From NCBI RefSeq assembly GCF_038025025.1, contig NW_027117346.1:248001-312000 (forward strand): DNA of 64,000 nt. The letters run 5' to 3'. The DNA is from Phyllosticta citribraziliensis. Taxonomy: Eukaryota. The notes under the pieces are model-generated. The model was not told the origin of the DNA, ran no database searches, and saw nothing but the letters and a program-made list of their open reading frames with translations. Positions within the stretch are counted from its first letter, which is position 1. Every line of letters begins with the position of its first letter. Shown here piece by piece: positions 27,348 through 38,264 of this stretch. A program made the translations under genes and the position numbers.

Positions 27348-27703
27348 TGTCTCCTTTTTCTTGCCTTCCTGCCTTCCGTTCCGCTCCTCGACCAAACCAT
27401 GTCTCCCACCTGCCTGCCTACCTACCTAGCCAGGCGCCCCTCGAGTCAGCAGCAGCGCAGCACACAGCATAGCGTGCGGCAAGCGAGGCACGCGCGCACG
27501 CCGTTCGTCTATCAATGGATGTATGGATGGGGCAAGGAGGCGATTGCGCTCCGGAGCGATCGGCGTTTGCCCCTTGGAGAAAGTAGGCCGGCGAGGAGGT
27601 TGGATTTAACTTTTGCGCTGCGTTGCGCTGCTGTACGTTACTTTGCTTTGTGTTGTGCTGTGGGGTAGGTGGGTAGGGAGGTAGGGAGGTAGGGAGGTAG
27701 TAA

Positions 27704-27705
<2 letters not shown>

Positions 27706-27750
<45 letters not shown>
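27706..27750. repeat. (GA)n dinucleotide microsatellite
   Basis: Direct reading, about 22 units. Confidence 0.95.
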
Positions 27751-27753
<3 letters not shown>

Positions 27754-30002
27754 GAGAGGAGGCGACGACGCTGTTGCTTGTGGAGATCAGCTGCCTGCCT
27801 GCTTGCCTGCTTGTCGGCTGTCTGCCGCCGATGTCTGCCTCCCCGCGCCTCCTGCTGCTGTGAGGAGGGAGGTCCCGGCTTCGTTTGGCTTGCGTCGCAA
27901 TGTCTGGTTGATACCTTAGTAGGTTGAATTCATGTCACAGCAGTCAGCCAGGCAGCTAGAATGAGCGGTGGTGATGTTGACGACGGTGTTCTGCGCAATG
28001 GGGAAACCTGGAGCTGGTATAGGTACATGTAGTCTAGTTATCATTTTGCTTCTTACTGTCCACACGTTTTTTGCCGTGGTTTTCTGTAGTACATTTGCTG
28101 TTAGCTTTTTCTGCCATCTTTTCTGGTCTTTTGCCGCGAAGAGACTTTCTCTTGTGTCTTCTATGCCTCCTACCCTACTATTCTATACTTCTCTCTCTCT
28201 CTCTCTCTCTCTCCCTCTCACGATTCAACTACGCGTCAACCGCCATCTTCCCTCCTTTCCTTTCCTTTCCTTTCTCTCTCCGCGCGACGGTTTCAACCAA
28301 CCAAAGAAGCCTAAAGCACATCCCACACGCGCGTGGTTTTGGTACGCCATGACTTTGTTTCCTTTGACTGTTTGCGTACGGCTAAACCACTCCTCCTCCG
28401 TCCCCTTTAAATCCCTTTTATCTTTTGGCTGGCTGGCCGACTGGCCGACTGGCTGGCTAACCAACTGGCTAGCTAGAACCTTAAGCATTCGTTCCTCACG
28501 CTCAAGCTACATTGAGCCAGTGAGTCGCCAGCAAGCGAGCAAGCGAGGGACTGAATAAACCACACCACCACCATGTCATCACTTCATCAACTCTAGTCGC
28601 GTGGATGACAATAGAAATGAAGACTCAAGGGTAAAAGGGAAAGTGGCAAAGGAAATGCGGCCGCATTTGTCACTATTCGACAACCATCACACACTAGAGC
28701 ACCAGAGCACCAGAGTAGAGTACAGTAATAGAGTGTAAGTAGTGCCATTTCCAACGCAGCCATCGCATGATGCTCACATGTTATGCTTGCGTGCATTGTA
28801 CGTACAATACGCACACATTCGCCACTCGCCATTCACAATTCGCCGGACAGGCGCGCCGCCATGCCACGCCACGCCCATATATCTGCTCCAGCATCCGCGC
28901 ACGTCAAGCCGTCAAGCAGATGGACAAACAAGGACGAGAAACAGCCAGCACCACCACCACCACCACACACGACGACGACAGACAGGCGCGCCGCATGATC
29001 AAAGGTAGTCTCCATTTCCATTTCCATTTCCATTTCCATTTCCATTGCATTGACAGCATCAGCGAGGCTATGTCAAGTCAGGCGGCGACGCTACGCCTTA
29101 GCTAAATGCGGGGGAGTGTCTGGTGAGGGTGTTGTGAGGAGGTGGAAGAGGGGTGAAAGAGAGGGAGGGGGAGGGGGAGGGAGGGGGTATCGTAGAGAGC
29201 AATCAAAAAGTCAAGAGTCAAAACGTGAGAAGAAGGAGAAGGAGAAAAGGGACTGAAGAAGAGAGGAAGGGAAGAAGCGCAAAAGAGCAAAAGAGGCCGT
29301 TCCGACTGCGCCTTGTCCACGAGCAGGCAGGTCGCAGGTTTGATTTCGCTGGTTGGTGGATTGATTGGTCGCCGATGATAGAAGAGTGCCATCCGCCCGT
29401 CGGCTGCCGCGCGCGAGAAATGGATGCTCGTGGTGGTCAAGACGACGACGTATCGATCGACGCCGAAACGACCTGGTGTACCCCGGTCTGCTTTTCCTCT
29501 GCTGTCCGTCGAGGATTCGTGATCGCGGTCGCGGTGCTTCTCGACGAGTGAAAGCAGAAAAGCTCCAAGAGCGTCGTCCCCCAGTCGTTCAATCCGTCGA
29601 CGTGACGATGAGCGTGTGGAAAGGAGAGAAAGAGAGGGGAAAAGCCCATGTAACAAAAGAGGAAGAAAAGAAGGACGAGACCAAGAGTCGTCCCTCCACG
29701 CAAAAACAAAAAGAGACCCGCCCGCTATGATGGATGATGATGATGGTGTGTGGTATCGAAGAAGGGGGAGAGACGATGATTCGTTTCGTAGCAGCAGTGA
29801 CTCATTTCCCGATCATGAGTGGTTGTAGTAGTAGTACCGTTGCAGCCAACTTGACTAATGCCCCGTCATGTAGTAGAAGCCCACCAACCGAAAGAAAAAA
29901 AAAAAAAAACGCCCAAGTTTGTGGTGTAGTTTTTCCCTGTCCTTCCCAATTCTTCCTCCTTCTTTTTCTTCTTCTTCTTCTTCGTCGTCATATTCGTCAT
30001 CA

Positions 30003-32397
30003 TCACATGTGCAGCTTGAGCTGCAGCTTGTAGTCAACGCCTTCTCGCTTCATCCATTCGTCAAGGAAAACGAGACCCATGCGCACGGCCTGGACGGGCG
30101 TCGTCTCGACGCCGAGCGGCAAGAAATACGGCCCTTCCAGATTGCCCGGCGACAGCTGTTCCCACTTGCTCATGTCGGGCACGGTGGCTCCGCTGTCCGA
30201 ATCGCCCTGCCTGGTGCGGCCGTCCCAGGTCCTGGGAAAGTGGTCGATGAGGTCGTCGATGGACAGTTTTCCGCGCGACTCGCCGAGCATGGTGCCCAGG
30301 AACTTGACATTTTCGCTCATGACTGCCAGTGCCTTGTCTGCGCTCATTTGTATGGTGGAGCCGGGTGCGCCAAAGCTGGAGCCTTGGCTGTCCTTGTCTT
30401 TCTCTCCCTCGTGGCCCGTCTGCGATACCGACTGTTGTGCCACGACAGTCGCGACACGGTGCGATATGATGGCCCCGAGCTGCAGTCGTAGACCCTCCAA
30501 GACCGGGAAGGACTGGCAGCCGGATTTGAAGTAGCGGAAAAGGGGAAGCATGGTGCGCCAGTTTTCGTTGGTATTTGGATGGTTGAGGAGATGGACGCGG
30601 TAATCTTGGCAAAAATATGCCGCCATGTAAGTGAGGATACACTCAATGCTCATTACAGCTGCGCGCTTGCGGTCCTTCAAAGGGGGCGCCTGCTTTCCAA
30701 CAGGCTGGGATAACGCCTGGGTTTCGTGCTTGATTCGCCGACCAAGCTCGTTCAACTTCTTCGAATGCGTTCCCCAAACTTGCGCCTCATTGGCCTTGCC
30801 GTTGACGGACATGATTGATCCCTTGATATCACTCGGCGTGCTTGCTGCCTGGCCTGGAGTGACTACGATTCCGTTGCTCTCATTCGATACGGAGCGTATC
30901 ATACCGGCAGCTTTGAGCTCTTTTCGTGGCGTCAAGTACTGATTCTTTTGCGTGCTGGACTTTTGCGAAAAAGACGGAGACTGCTGAGAGTGAGCAATCG
31001 GCGTTCGCGGCTTCTTGTCCAGGTCCAAGTTTGACGGTGCTCTCGGACGCTTGGGTGGCCGTGCCTCGAGATGGCCATCGTCGGTACCTCTGGGCCTCTT
31101 CTCGGCGACTTGTTCAAGAGTCTTGCGAGTCATCTCTTTGGGGAGAGTCTCCTTTGGCTTGACATGTTCTGTCTTGCGCGGCTTTTCATACTCGGACTCG
31201 TCGTGTTCCTTGGGGCGATTCTTGCGGTTGGGAGGAAGCCGCAGATATCGCTCCACATCCTGCCTACGCTTTCTTCCATATCTCAGCGCGACAACGAGCT
31301 GGCGTCGCTTCTCCTCAGGGTGTGTGGACTTGGCAGCATCGTTTGCCAAATGGTTCTTGGAGCTTTTGGCAGAAGGCTGGGCATCTCCTGCCGGATGTCC
31401 GTTCTTGCCTCTGACAGGAGACACTTGAGGAGGGCGGCCTGACTTGTGGTCTTGAGATGGATTTGTGCCATTTTCCTTTTGTCGGTTGTTACGACGTTCC
31501 TCCACAGCGCGCTTCGACAATTCGGCTTCGATTTCGTCGGGAAGAGTTGGTGAAAGCAGGGGAGGTAAACCTTGGGGCTGAGGGGACAGGATTGGTGAGA
31601 GAAGACGGGGTAGACCATGGGGGGTGGACTCGGAGTTGTTGATGGGTTCGGTGGAGGGCTTGTCGATTGAGGAGTCGGAGGCTCGATGCTTCTTTACTGC
31701 GGGCGGTGACTCGGCTCTGCTGGGTGAGCTCGATTGCTTCGCGTCGACGTCATCTCGCGGTCTGTCAAAACTTTGTAAGTATTCAAGCGTACAGGATTGC
31801 TATTGCTGTCGCATACCGTTTTTGACCCTTTTCAGACGTGCCCTCGGTTGGCGGGGGCTTCTCTGGTAGAGAATGGACCTCGCGAAGCCGTGAATCCTCT
31901 CTCTTGGTCTTTTCCTCCCCGCCTGAAGGTTTGCCCAGCAAACCGCTCGCCCTTTGGCTTTTGTAAGCCGCCAAGGATATCTTCTTTTTGGGCACGTTGT
32001 TCCGCACCGGAGTGCTTGCACTGCTCGGGGTAATCTTGTCCTTCATGGCTGCCCGTCTATCTCTTTCCTCGTCCACTTCTGTCCGGCACACAAAACAGCT
32101 GTCTGAAGGGTCGCGCAGTATGAAGCTCATGTACTGTAGGCGCTCTTCGCCTGGGTCGAAGGGTGTGTTTCTGCACCAGCTGGCGGCCTGCTCTGCGGAC
32201 CAATGGTGGTAACGCGGTTCCGCACAGGGGACCGTGACAATGTAGGGCGCGTCCGGGATGTTGTTGCGAATGCGATCAAAGGCGTCGTCTAGCTTGCGCA
32301 ATTCGTCGGCATCCTCGGCGCTCAAAGATGGCTGCGACTGTGAATCAGGCTTTGCCGTAGCAGATGTTGGAGGCGGAGAGGTATCGGACGTGGACAT
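30003..32397 (-). CDS. Conserved Pezizomycotina nuclear-type protein, probably with an Ebp1 (ELL-binding protein) C-terminal domain; 2 exons
   Basis: ATG 32397 (MSTSDTS). Intron 31762-31816 (GTATGC..CAG) joins ORF 31783-32541 to the frame of ORF 30003-31520. Motifs EERLQYMSF, KKKISLAAYK, LPPLLSPTLP, ALRYGRKRRQDVERYLRL, GPYFLPLGVETTPVQAVRMGLVFLDEW. The gene itself is well supported; the domain name is recalled, not verified. Confidence 0.75.
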
Positions 32398-33281
32398 TGC
32401 TAGGTCAAGCCGGTGTCGGTAATGCGTGTGCGGTGGGTAGGACGACGATGGTAGGATGGAGCAGAGGACGGGTTGAAGAGATTCCGCAATGCAGTCTTGG
32501 TTTGCGCAACGACAGGTGGGTTTGCGATTGTGCCGATTCACCTTGTGAATTCACACGGTGCACTCCACTCCTCCGCTGACTCGGTCATGGGCAGGAGCCG
32601 GCCGTCATGCTGCCATGAGCAGTCGCGCGGAGGGTCGCGAGGAAAGGATCGGGACGTTGGGGCAGCGAGCGGAAGATGCGAGAGGTCCCAGATGGGTTGG
32701 CGAATGGCGATGTTTGAGGGGCAGTTGGTGTTTGGGTAGGTCGCAAGGTACTCGGCGGGCCATGACAGCCGTCAGGCCCCAGGGTCTCGTGGTCTTGGCA
32801 CCAACCGCTGGGCTTCCGCTCTGCACTGCACCACGACTTGACGGCGGTTTGCCATTTCACATTGCACTTTTTGGGATACATTCATCTTGATGGAAATTTT
32901 GCATCCGTGGAATTTGAAGTCATGGTGGCCTTGGCCCTCGGCGAGCGCGTCGCGATGGCACGCAATGAGCCCAGACGTGTCACTTGCCCGTCAGTATGAA
33001 AATGACGGTATTGCTTTCGCCCGGCCTGACCTGAGCTACCTTTTCTACTGTTGGTCGTCAAGAGCAGTGCTTTGCCGCTGAAACGTGCAACGGCAACTGC
33101 CGGCGGATCAATTCCACCGGCAGCTTTCGGTTAACAAATGCAGCCAATCCCGTCGCCAACATTACCGCTTTTTCTTGACAATTTGGGACCTTTTAGACTC
33201 TGGGTTGTCTCTCTAAGCATACGAGAATCCAAGGCAAGACCAGTCTTTTTCAACCGCATCTTAGGCTCGAAACCTAGACGC

Positions 33282-34604
33282 TCAGAGCTCATCGTCCGTC
33301 GTATCATCCTCGACCTCGGCTGTTGACCGTAGCTGCTTTCCTGACTTGCCTTGATCGTTTTTGCGAGCAAAAGGCAACTCCCGTCGTGGCGGCGGTGAGT
33401 GAAGTGAGTCAGGCTTGCGCTGCTCTGGTGAATTCCCGTTCCCCGCTACAGTTTCGGTAGCCTTTTTCTTCGATGCTTCTCCGGGCTTCGCTGCGCCAGG
33501 CACACATGCATCCTCGCTCATGTTGCCGTCTTGCTCATCCTCGGTCTCGTCCTGGTCAGACTCTTGGGGAGTCAACTCTGGCTCGCTTGTCTCGTCATCG
33601 TCGTCGACAGGCTTTGGCTTCCGGGGTTCAAAGGTCGAGTCCGACTCGGATTCAGCGCCGTTGCTGGCTTGACGTTTGTTTGGCCGGGATGGACCCGCCC
33701 TCCTCCTACCCCGCGTCGACTGCCTTGCGCCTTCAACGGCAGCGGCTACGCCTCCAGTTAGCGCCATCTACCTACGAGTCGATGCCAGGCGCTGCTTACC
33801 TGCAACTGGATCCACTTTTGCGCCGGCCAACAGCCGCTGCTGATCTCTTATCTTTAGCTTCTTTGCGTTGAGGAGCTGCTCGAATTTGGCGAGCAAGGCC
33901 GTCTCGTGATTCTGTTTGGCCTGGACAAGGTCTTGGAGCTGTGCCTCGAATCTACGGCATTTCTCTTGCAGCTCCTCGTACCTGGTTTGGAGGTCTCCGA
34001 GTTCCGCATGCTCACGGTCCGCCTCGTCGCGGGCGGCCACTGTCCAGTCGAAAAGGCTAATTTCCTCGTCGTTGTTCTCGGGGAGGTGGATGGCACCGAT
34101 GCGTTGCTAGGGGCAGGGAAGTCAGTGCTAACAAAATGTAAACATTGACGTCAACCACGTACGGTTATACCGCCAATGTTTTTGCGCAAGGTGAGGGTCA
34201 GGCGGCGATCGGAGACGGCAGAGAGGATCTCGATGTCATTTGAGGAGGCCGTGGCGCCATGGTTCGAAGCGTCGACGGGCCTTTTCAATAACTGGCGCGT
34301 CAAGATTGCCTCCCACTCGGCATCGCTTCCCTTGTAGGCCGGGCGGAGCTGAAGGTCTTTGACCTTTTTGTGGCGGACTGGAGAGTTGGCGGAGCGGATG
34401 GTTAGTTTGAAACAGACGCCGACGCGGGCATGGGTGAAGTGGAAACGCACTGGAGGTCGGGTAGACATTTTCACCCTCGGTAGCGACCAGCTTGAGGTCC
34501 AGGGGGTGCGGGCCGGTGGCTTGAACTGAGACCAGGACGTAGGGTTGGTTGGATTGGGCGTCCACGTCGGTTCTCCGGACGCGCAATATGGTGGGAGGAG
34601 TCAT
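33282..34604 (-). CDS. XRCC4: XRCC4/Lif1-like non-homologous end-joining factor, multi-exon
   Basis: Head domain LDLKLVATEGENVY..LTLTLRKNIGGITV; coiled coil HETALLAKFEQLLNAKKLKIRDQQRLL; acidic disordered tail ending TTDDEL. GT..CTAAC..AG introns lie between the ORF pieces. Confidence 0.8.
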
Positions 34605-35627
34605 GGTGGTGTGCGGGATAAATTGTAGAATCAAGCGAAAAGCCAGAGGCGAAAGTTTTGTAGCGGTGCGGTAGGTGGAATCCGGATGGCGGTTGTGTGC
34701 TTGTGCCTGTGCCTGTGCCTGGCCGGCGCGGTAGCGGCAGCGGTAGCGGTAGCGGTAGCGGTGGAAGCCTAAAAAGCGACAAGGCAGGCGCGAGCATCAA
34801 GGTCCAGGAAGGAAGAACAATGGAAAGTCAGGCTCCAGGTGAGGTCGTGGAGTCGAGTCGGCGGGCCGATGGTGAGCAGTGCGCGCGGCCTGGCGGAGAC
34901 GGAGAGGATCAACCGCGGGAAGCACAGGGATGGCCATGGGGATCATGCGGTGATGGATCATGATCGAGTCGAGTGGAGGCCGGTGCGGTGTTTATTCTGC
35001 CCTTCCATCACTCAGCTCAGCTGGAGAAGCAATGTACACTACAGTAAGCGATCCACCATCAGCGACAGCACCAGACAGAGGACAGACACAGACACAGGCA
35101 CAGGCACAGGCACAGGCACCCCAGCTCGGGGAATGGCTGGAGTAGAGCCAAAAGACGGCGCACGAGCACTGTTTGGGCATGTGGAACCCTGTCTGTCCAT
35201 GTCCATGCCCATGTCCCTGTCCCTGTCGTGTTGTTTTCGCGTCGCCCTCCTCTCCAGTCTGTCTCGCTCGCTCGCCCTTCCACTCTTGCCCTCCACTGCC
35301 TCTGCCCTCTTGTCGCCATGTGAGGCCCATCCGATCACCCCAATGTCGACTCGTCTTCAAAATAGCTCGCCAACCGTCTGCATCCCTACACCATCTCACG
35401 CCCGCCGCTCTGTGCCATCGTGATTGCCAGCCAGCTCAGCCTGGTGGCCGCGCTACCGGCCACACAACCTCCGGACCCCCCCCCCCCCAGCCTCTCGCCC
35501 GCGGCCGCCAACCTGACCCAACCCGACTCCAGCTCCCGCCCACCAGTCGCCCTTCAACCCCCCAGCTCCCGCGTCTCGTTTGCCCTCGCTCACAAAGATT
35601 CCACACCAACCCACCTTGGGCGCCGCC

Positions 35628-38264
35628 ATGGCTCCCACCCCGATTGAGAATTGGGACGACGACGGCGACTTCCAAGGCGACCTCTTCACCCACTCTGTCG
35701 CAAGCTCGGCGGCCCATACCGCCTTCTCGCTATCTTCGCGCGCCCCCTCGCTGCGCTCCGAGTCAGTCAACGACGAGGATGACTGGCAGGTTCTGATTAA
35801 GCCCAACGACGACGCTTCCACGCGAAATGCTATTTCCCAGGCAAAACAGGCTGGAATCCCTCTCCCAAACTCAACCCCGTCCTCGGCCCTTCTCGGTGGA
35901 ACCATCAAGCGTTTGGGAAAGACTCCATCCCGGCAAAAGATCACCGACGAGGATTGGGGCCATGACATTGAGCTTCCCGGTCCCAGTTCGGATGCTCTTA
36001 AACTAAAGACTCCTCAACCTCCTCCCTTCACTCCCACACACGACGACGATGACTTTGACGACTGGGCCGAGGGCTCTCTAGGCATTCGCTTTGCCGGCAC
36101 TCGTCGGGACCAGCGCACCCGAGGCTCCTCAGCATCCGCCGCCATGAGCCCCAGCTTGGGCAGCTGCATGACCCTCGAGAGCGAAGATGACGACCTCGGA
36201 GGCCTCGTGCTTCCCACCGACCCCATCGACTTCAACGCCATCTTGCTGAAGCGTCACCAAGAAGACCCTGACGACGACCAGACCCCTCAGCCTGATCCAC
36301 GTCCACTCCAAGACCCGCCGACAGACGCTGGGCACCTACAGTCGGAAACTTCAGCATCGCCAGCTCCAACCCCAAGCGAACAGAGCGAAGCTCAACCATC
36401 TTCGGACGCTTTCGGTCCCCCCTTGAATGCTCAGCTCGACTTGCAGCCCACTCTCCAACCCGAACCGCCCGTCGAACCGCAAAAACAACCCCCCGTCTCT
36501 TCCGGAGGTGCTGAAGACGACGACGACTTCTTTGCCGACGTCGACCTTGACACGCTTGATGCCAACAGGCACACTGTCAACCGTCATGTCCGAGTGCAGC
36601 CAAAGAAGCCACAGACAAGCTCCAATCGGAACTCGGGGACGGCCATCACCTTTACAGACAAGAATGCTCCATCGTCACGCATACCAAGACCTCTTCCGGC
36701 CATCTCCTCCCGCTCGAGGCTTGATCCTGTATACGAATCCGGGGCTCCTCAGCCCCATCGCAACGGCCGTGCCGGGCCGCCTTCAGCGAGCAACCACCTT
36801 CTCCGGTCCAAGAGGTCAGCTCCGGTGCTCCGCAGCGAATACAGATCCAGCAGATCCTCGGCTCCCTTCCTGAATGCTGGAACCTCCAACAAACACTCTC
36901 AGCCCTCGACCAAACCCACACCCAGCCACCTCCGCAGAGAGTCCGACCCTCGATCACATTCACCCACGCCACGCGTACACTCGCGTCTGAGTCGAGGCCC
37001 GGATACACCTAGGAGAGGCGGGAACAGAAAAGACATTGCACCGGCGTCACTTGTACAGGAAGCGACATCAAAACGCAAATGTACCAAGCCGCAACGTAAA
37101 CGCAACTTTGGTGATGGCACCGAGCTTGATTTGTTCGATGACTTGCCCACGTCTTTCCAAAAGGAAATCGGCTTCCTCAAGCAGCCTTCTCAGCGCCCTC
37201 CAAACAAACTGCTTCGTCAAGTCAGTCAAAGCAAGCTTCCGCAGCCTCCCGAGCGAATGCACACTCCTCAGCCGCCTCCGACCCCAAGCAGAGCAGTTAA
37301 GCGAGAGAGTCTCCCAAGCTTCGCTCGCGATACCGCAGCGAGCCGGATTGCCAGGGAGCAGCGCCTGGGTGGGCCTCGTTCTCGTCATGATGGCCCGCTG
37401 GCGCCAGTGAGCAGCAACTGGAAGACGCAGATGGCTGCTGCTCGAACTCCACAGACCAGCCCCCAGGCCAACCGCAAAAGAGGCACGGGCCAGAAACCAA
37501 ACCTGATCAAGCATACCAATGAATCCGTTTCAAGAAGTGAGTTGGTTCCATCTGATTCGAGATCTCCACTAATCCTGAACCTTGCAGCTGAGAAGGGCAT
37601 GACCTATAATCCGGCCCTCAAGCGTTGGGAAGGCAACGACAGCGCCTTGGCTCTTTTCTCTGCGACAATGGAGACGAGCAACCAACGCCATGTCTCCAGC
37701 CATGCGCACTCGGTCTCCCAGCCACAAATCGCCCTCCACAGGCACAACAACTCGATACCCTCGCTTCCAACCCCCACATCTCTAGCTGCAAAGACTGGCT
37801 CCCCTCCTCGCCCGGCTCTTATTGCTCCAGTTGGAGGGCCCCGCGGAGTACAGGTCGAGCGAGGCATGGTCTTTGACCCTCGTCGGATGTGTTGGCTCAA
37901 GCTCGATGCGCGAGCCAGCGGTCCCTTTTCACCAACTCCATCCATTGGCGACGACGACGATCCTTTTGCCGATATCGACGATTTGAAAGAAGACAGGGTC
38001 GAAATTGCTGGTGGACTAGTGGCTGGCCTTGGCGGCCCTGGCTCTGCCTCGACTACCATGGGCAACGTTCCCTTCGAAGAGTTTGACCTTGGGCCAGGCG
38101 TCATTCGTCGTGAGCGCGAAGAAGAGGGCAGGTGGCGCCAACATGTCGAGAAGTGGGTCGGCGCAGAAAGGGACTTTCTGAATGACGACTGGCGATGGGA
38201 GATTCGAAGCATGTCGGCATCGGCATCGGCCAGCTCCTTTGCTGAGACGGTAGGACCTAGATAG
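35628..38264 (+). CDS. BYR4: Byr4/Bfa1 cytokinesis (SIN/MEN) GAP scaffold
   Basis: ATG 35628 (MAPTPIENWDDDGDF). Motifs SSALLGGTIKRLG, FGDGTELDLFDDLPTS, KGMTYNPALKRWEGN, GMVFDPRRMCWLK. Probable 51-nt intron at 37537-37587. Confidence 0.88.
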   Translation: MAPTPIENWDDDGDFQGDLFTHSVASSAAHTAFSLSSRAPSLRSESVNDEDDWQVLIKPNDDASTRNAISQAKQAGIPLPNSTPSSALLGGTIKRLGKTPSRQKITDEDWGHDIELPGPSSDALKLKTPQPPPFTPTHDDDDFDDWAEGSLGIRFAGTRRDQRTRGSSASAAMSPSLGSCMTLESEDDDLGGLVLPTDPIDFNAILLKRHQEDPDDDQTPQPDPRPLQDPPTDAGHLQSETSASPAPTPSEQSEAQPSSDAFGPPLNAQLDLQPTLQPEPPVEPQKQPPVSSGGAEDDDDFFADVDLDTLDANRHTVNRHVRVQPKKPQTSSNRNSGTAITFTDKNAPSSRIPRPLPAISSRSRLDPVYESGAPQPHRNGRAGPPSASNHLLRSKRSAPVLRSEYRSSRSSAPFLNAGTSNKHSQPSTKPTPSHLRRESDPRSHSPTPRVHSRLSRGPDTPRRGGNRKDIAPASLVQEATSKRKCTKPQRKRNFGDGTELDLFDDLPTSFQKEIGFLKQPSQRPPNKLLRQVSQSKLPQPPERMHTPQPPPTPSRAVKRESLPSFARDTAASRIAREQRLGGPRSRHDGPLAPVSSNWKTQMAAARTPQTSPQANRKRGTGQKPNLIKHTNESVSRSELVPSDSRSPLILNLAAEKGMTYNPALKRWEGNDSALALFSATMETSNQRHVSSHAHSVSQPQIALHRHNNSIPSLPTPTSLAAKTGSPPRPALIAPVGGPRGVQVERGMVFDPRRMCWLKLDARASGPFSPTPSIGDDDDPFADIDDLKEDRVEIAGGLVAGLGGPGSASTTMGNVPFEEFDLGPGVIRREREEEGRWRQHVEKWVGAERDFLNDDWRWEIRSMSASASASSFAETVGPR

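Noticed and set aside
26918..27472. ORFs with SPVSRLP / RRQETGD repeats
   Set aside because: Translations of the stop-free heptamer array; no evidence of coding.
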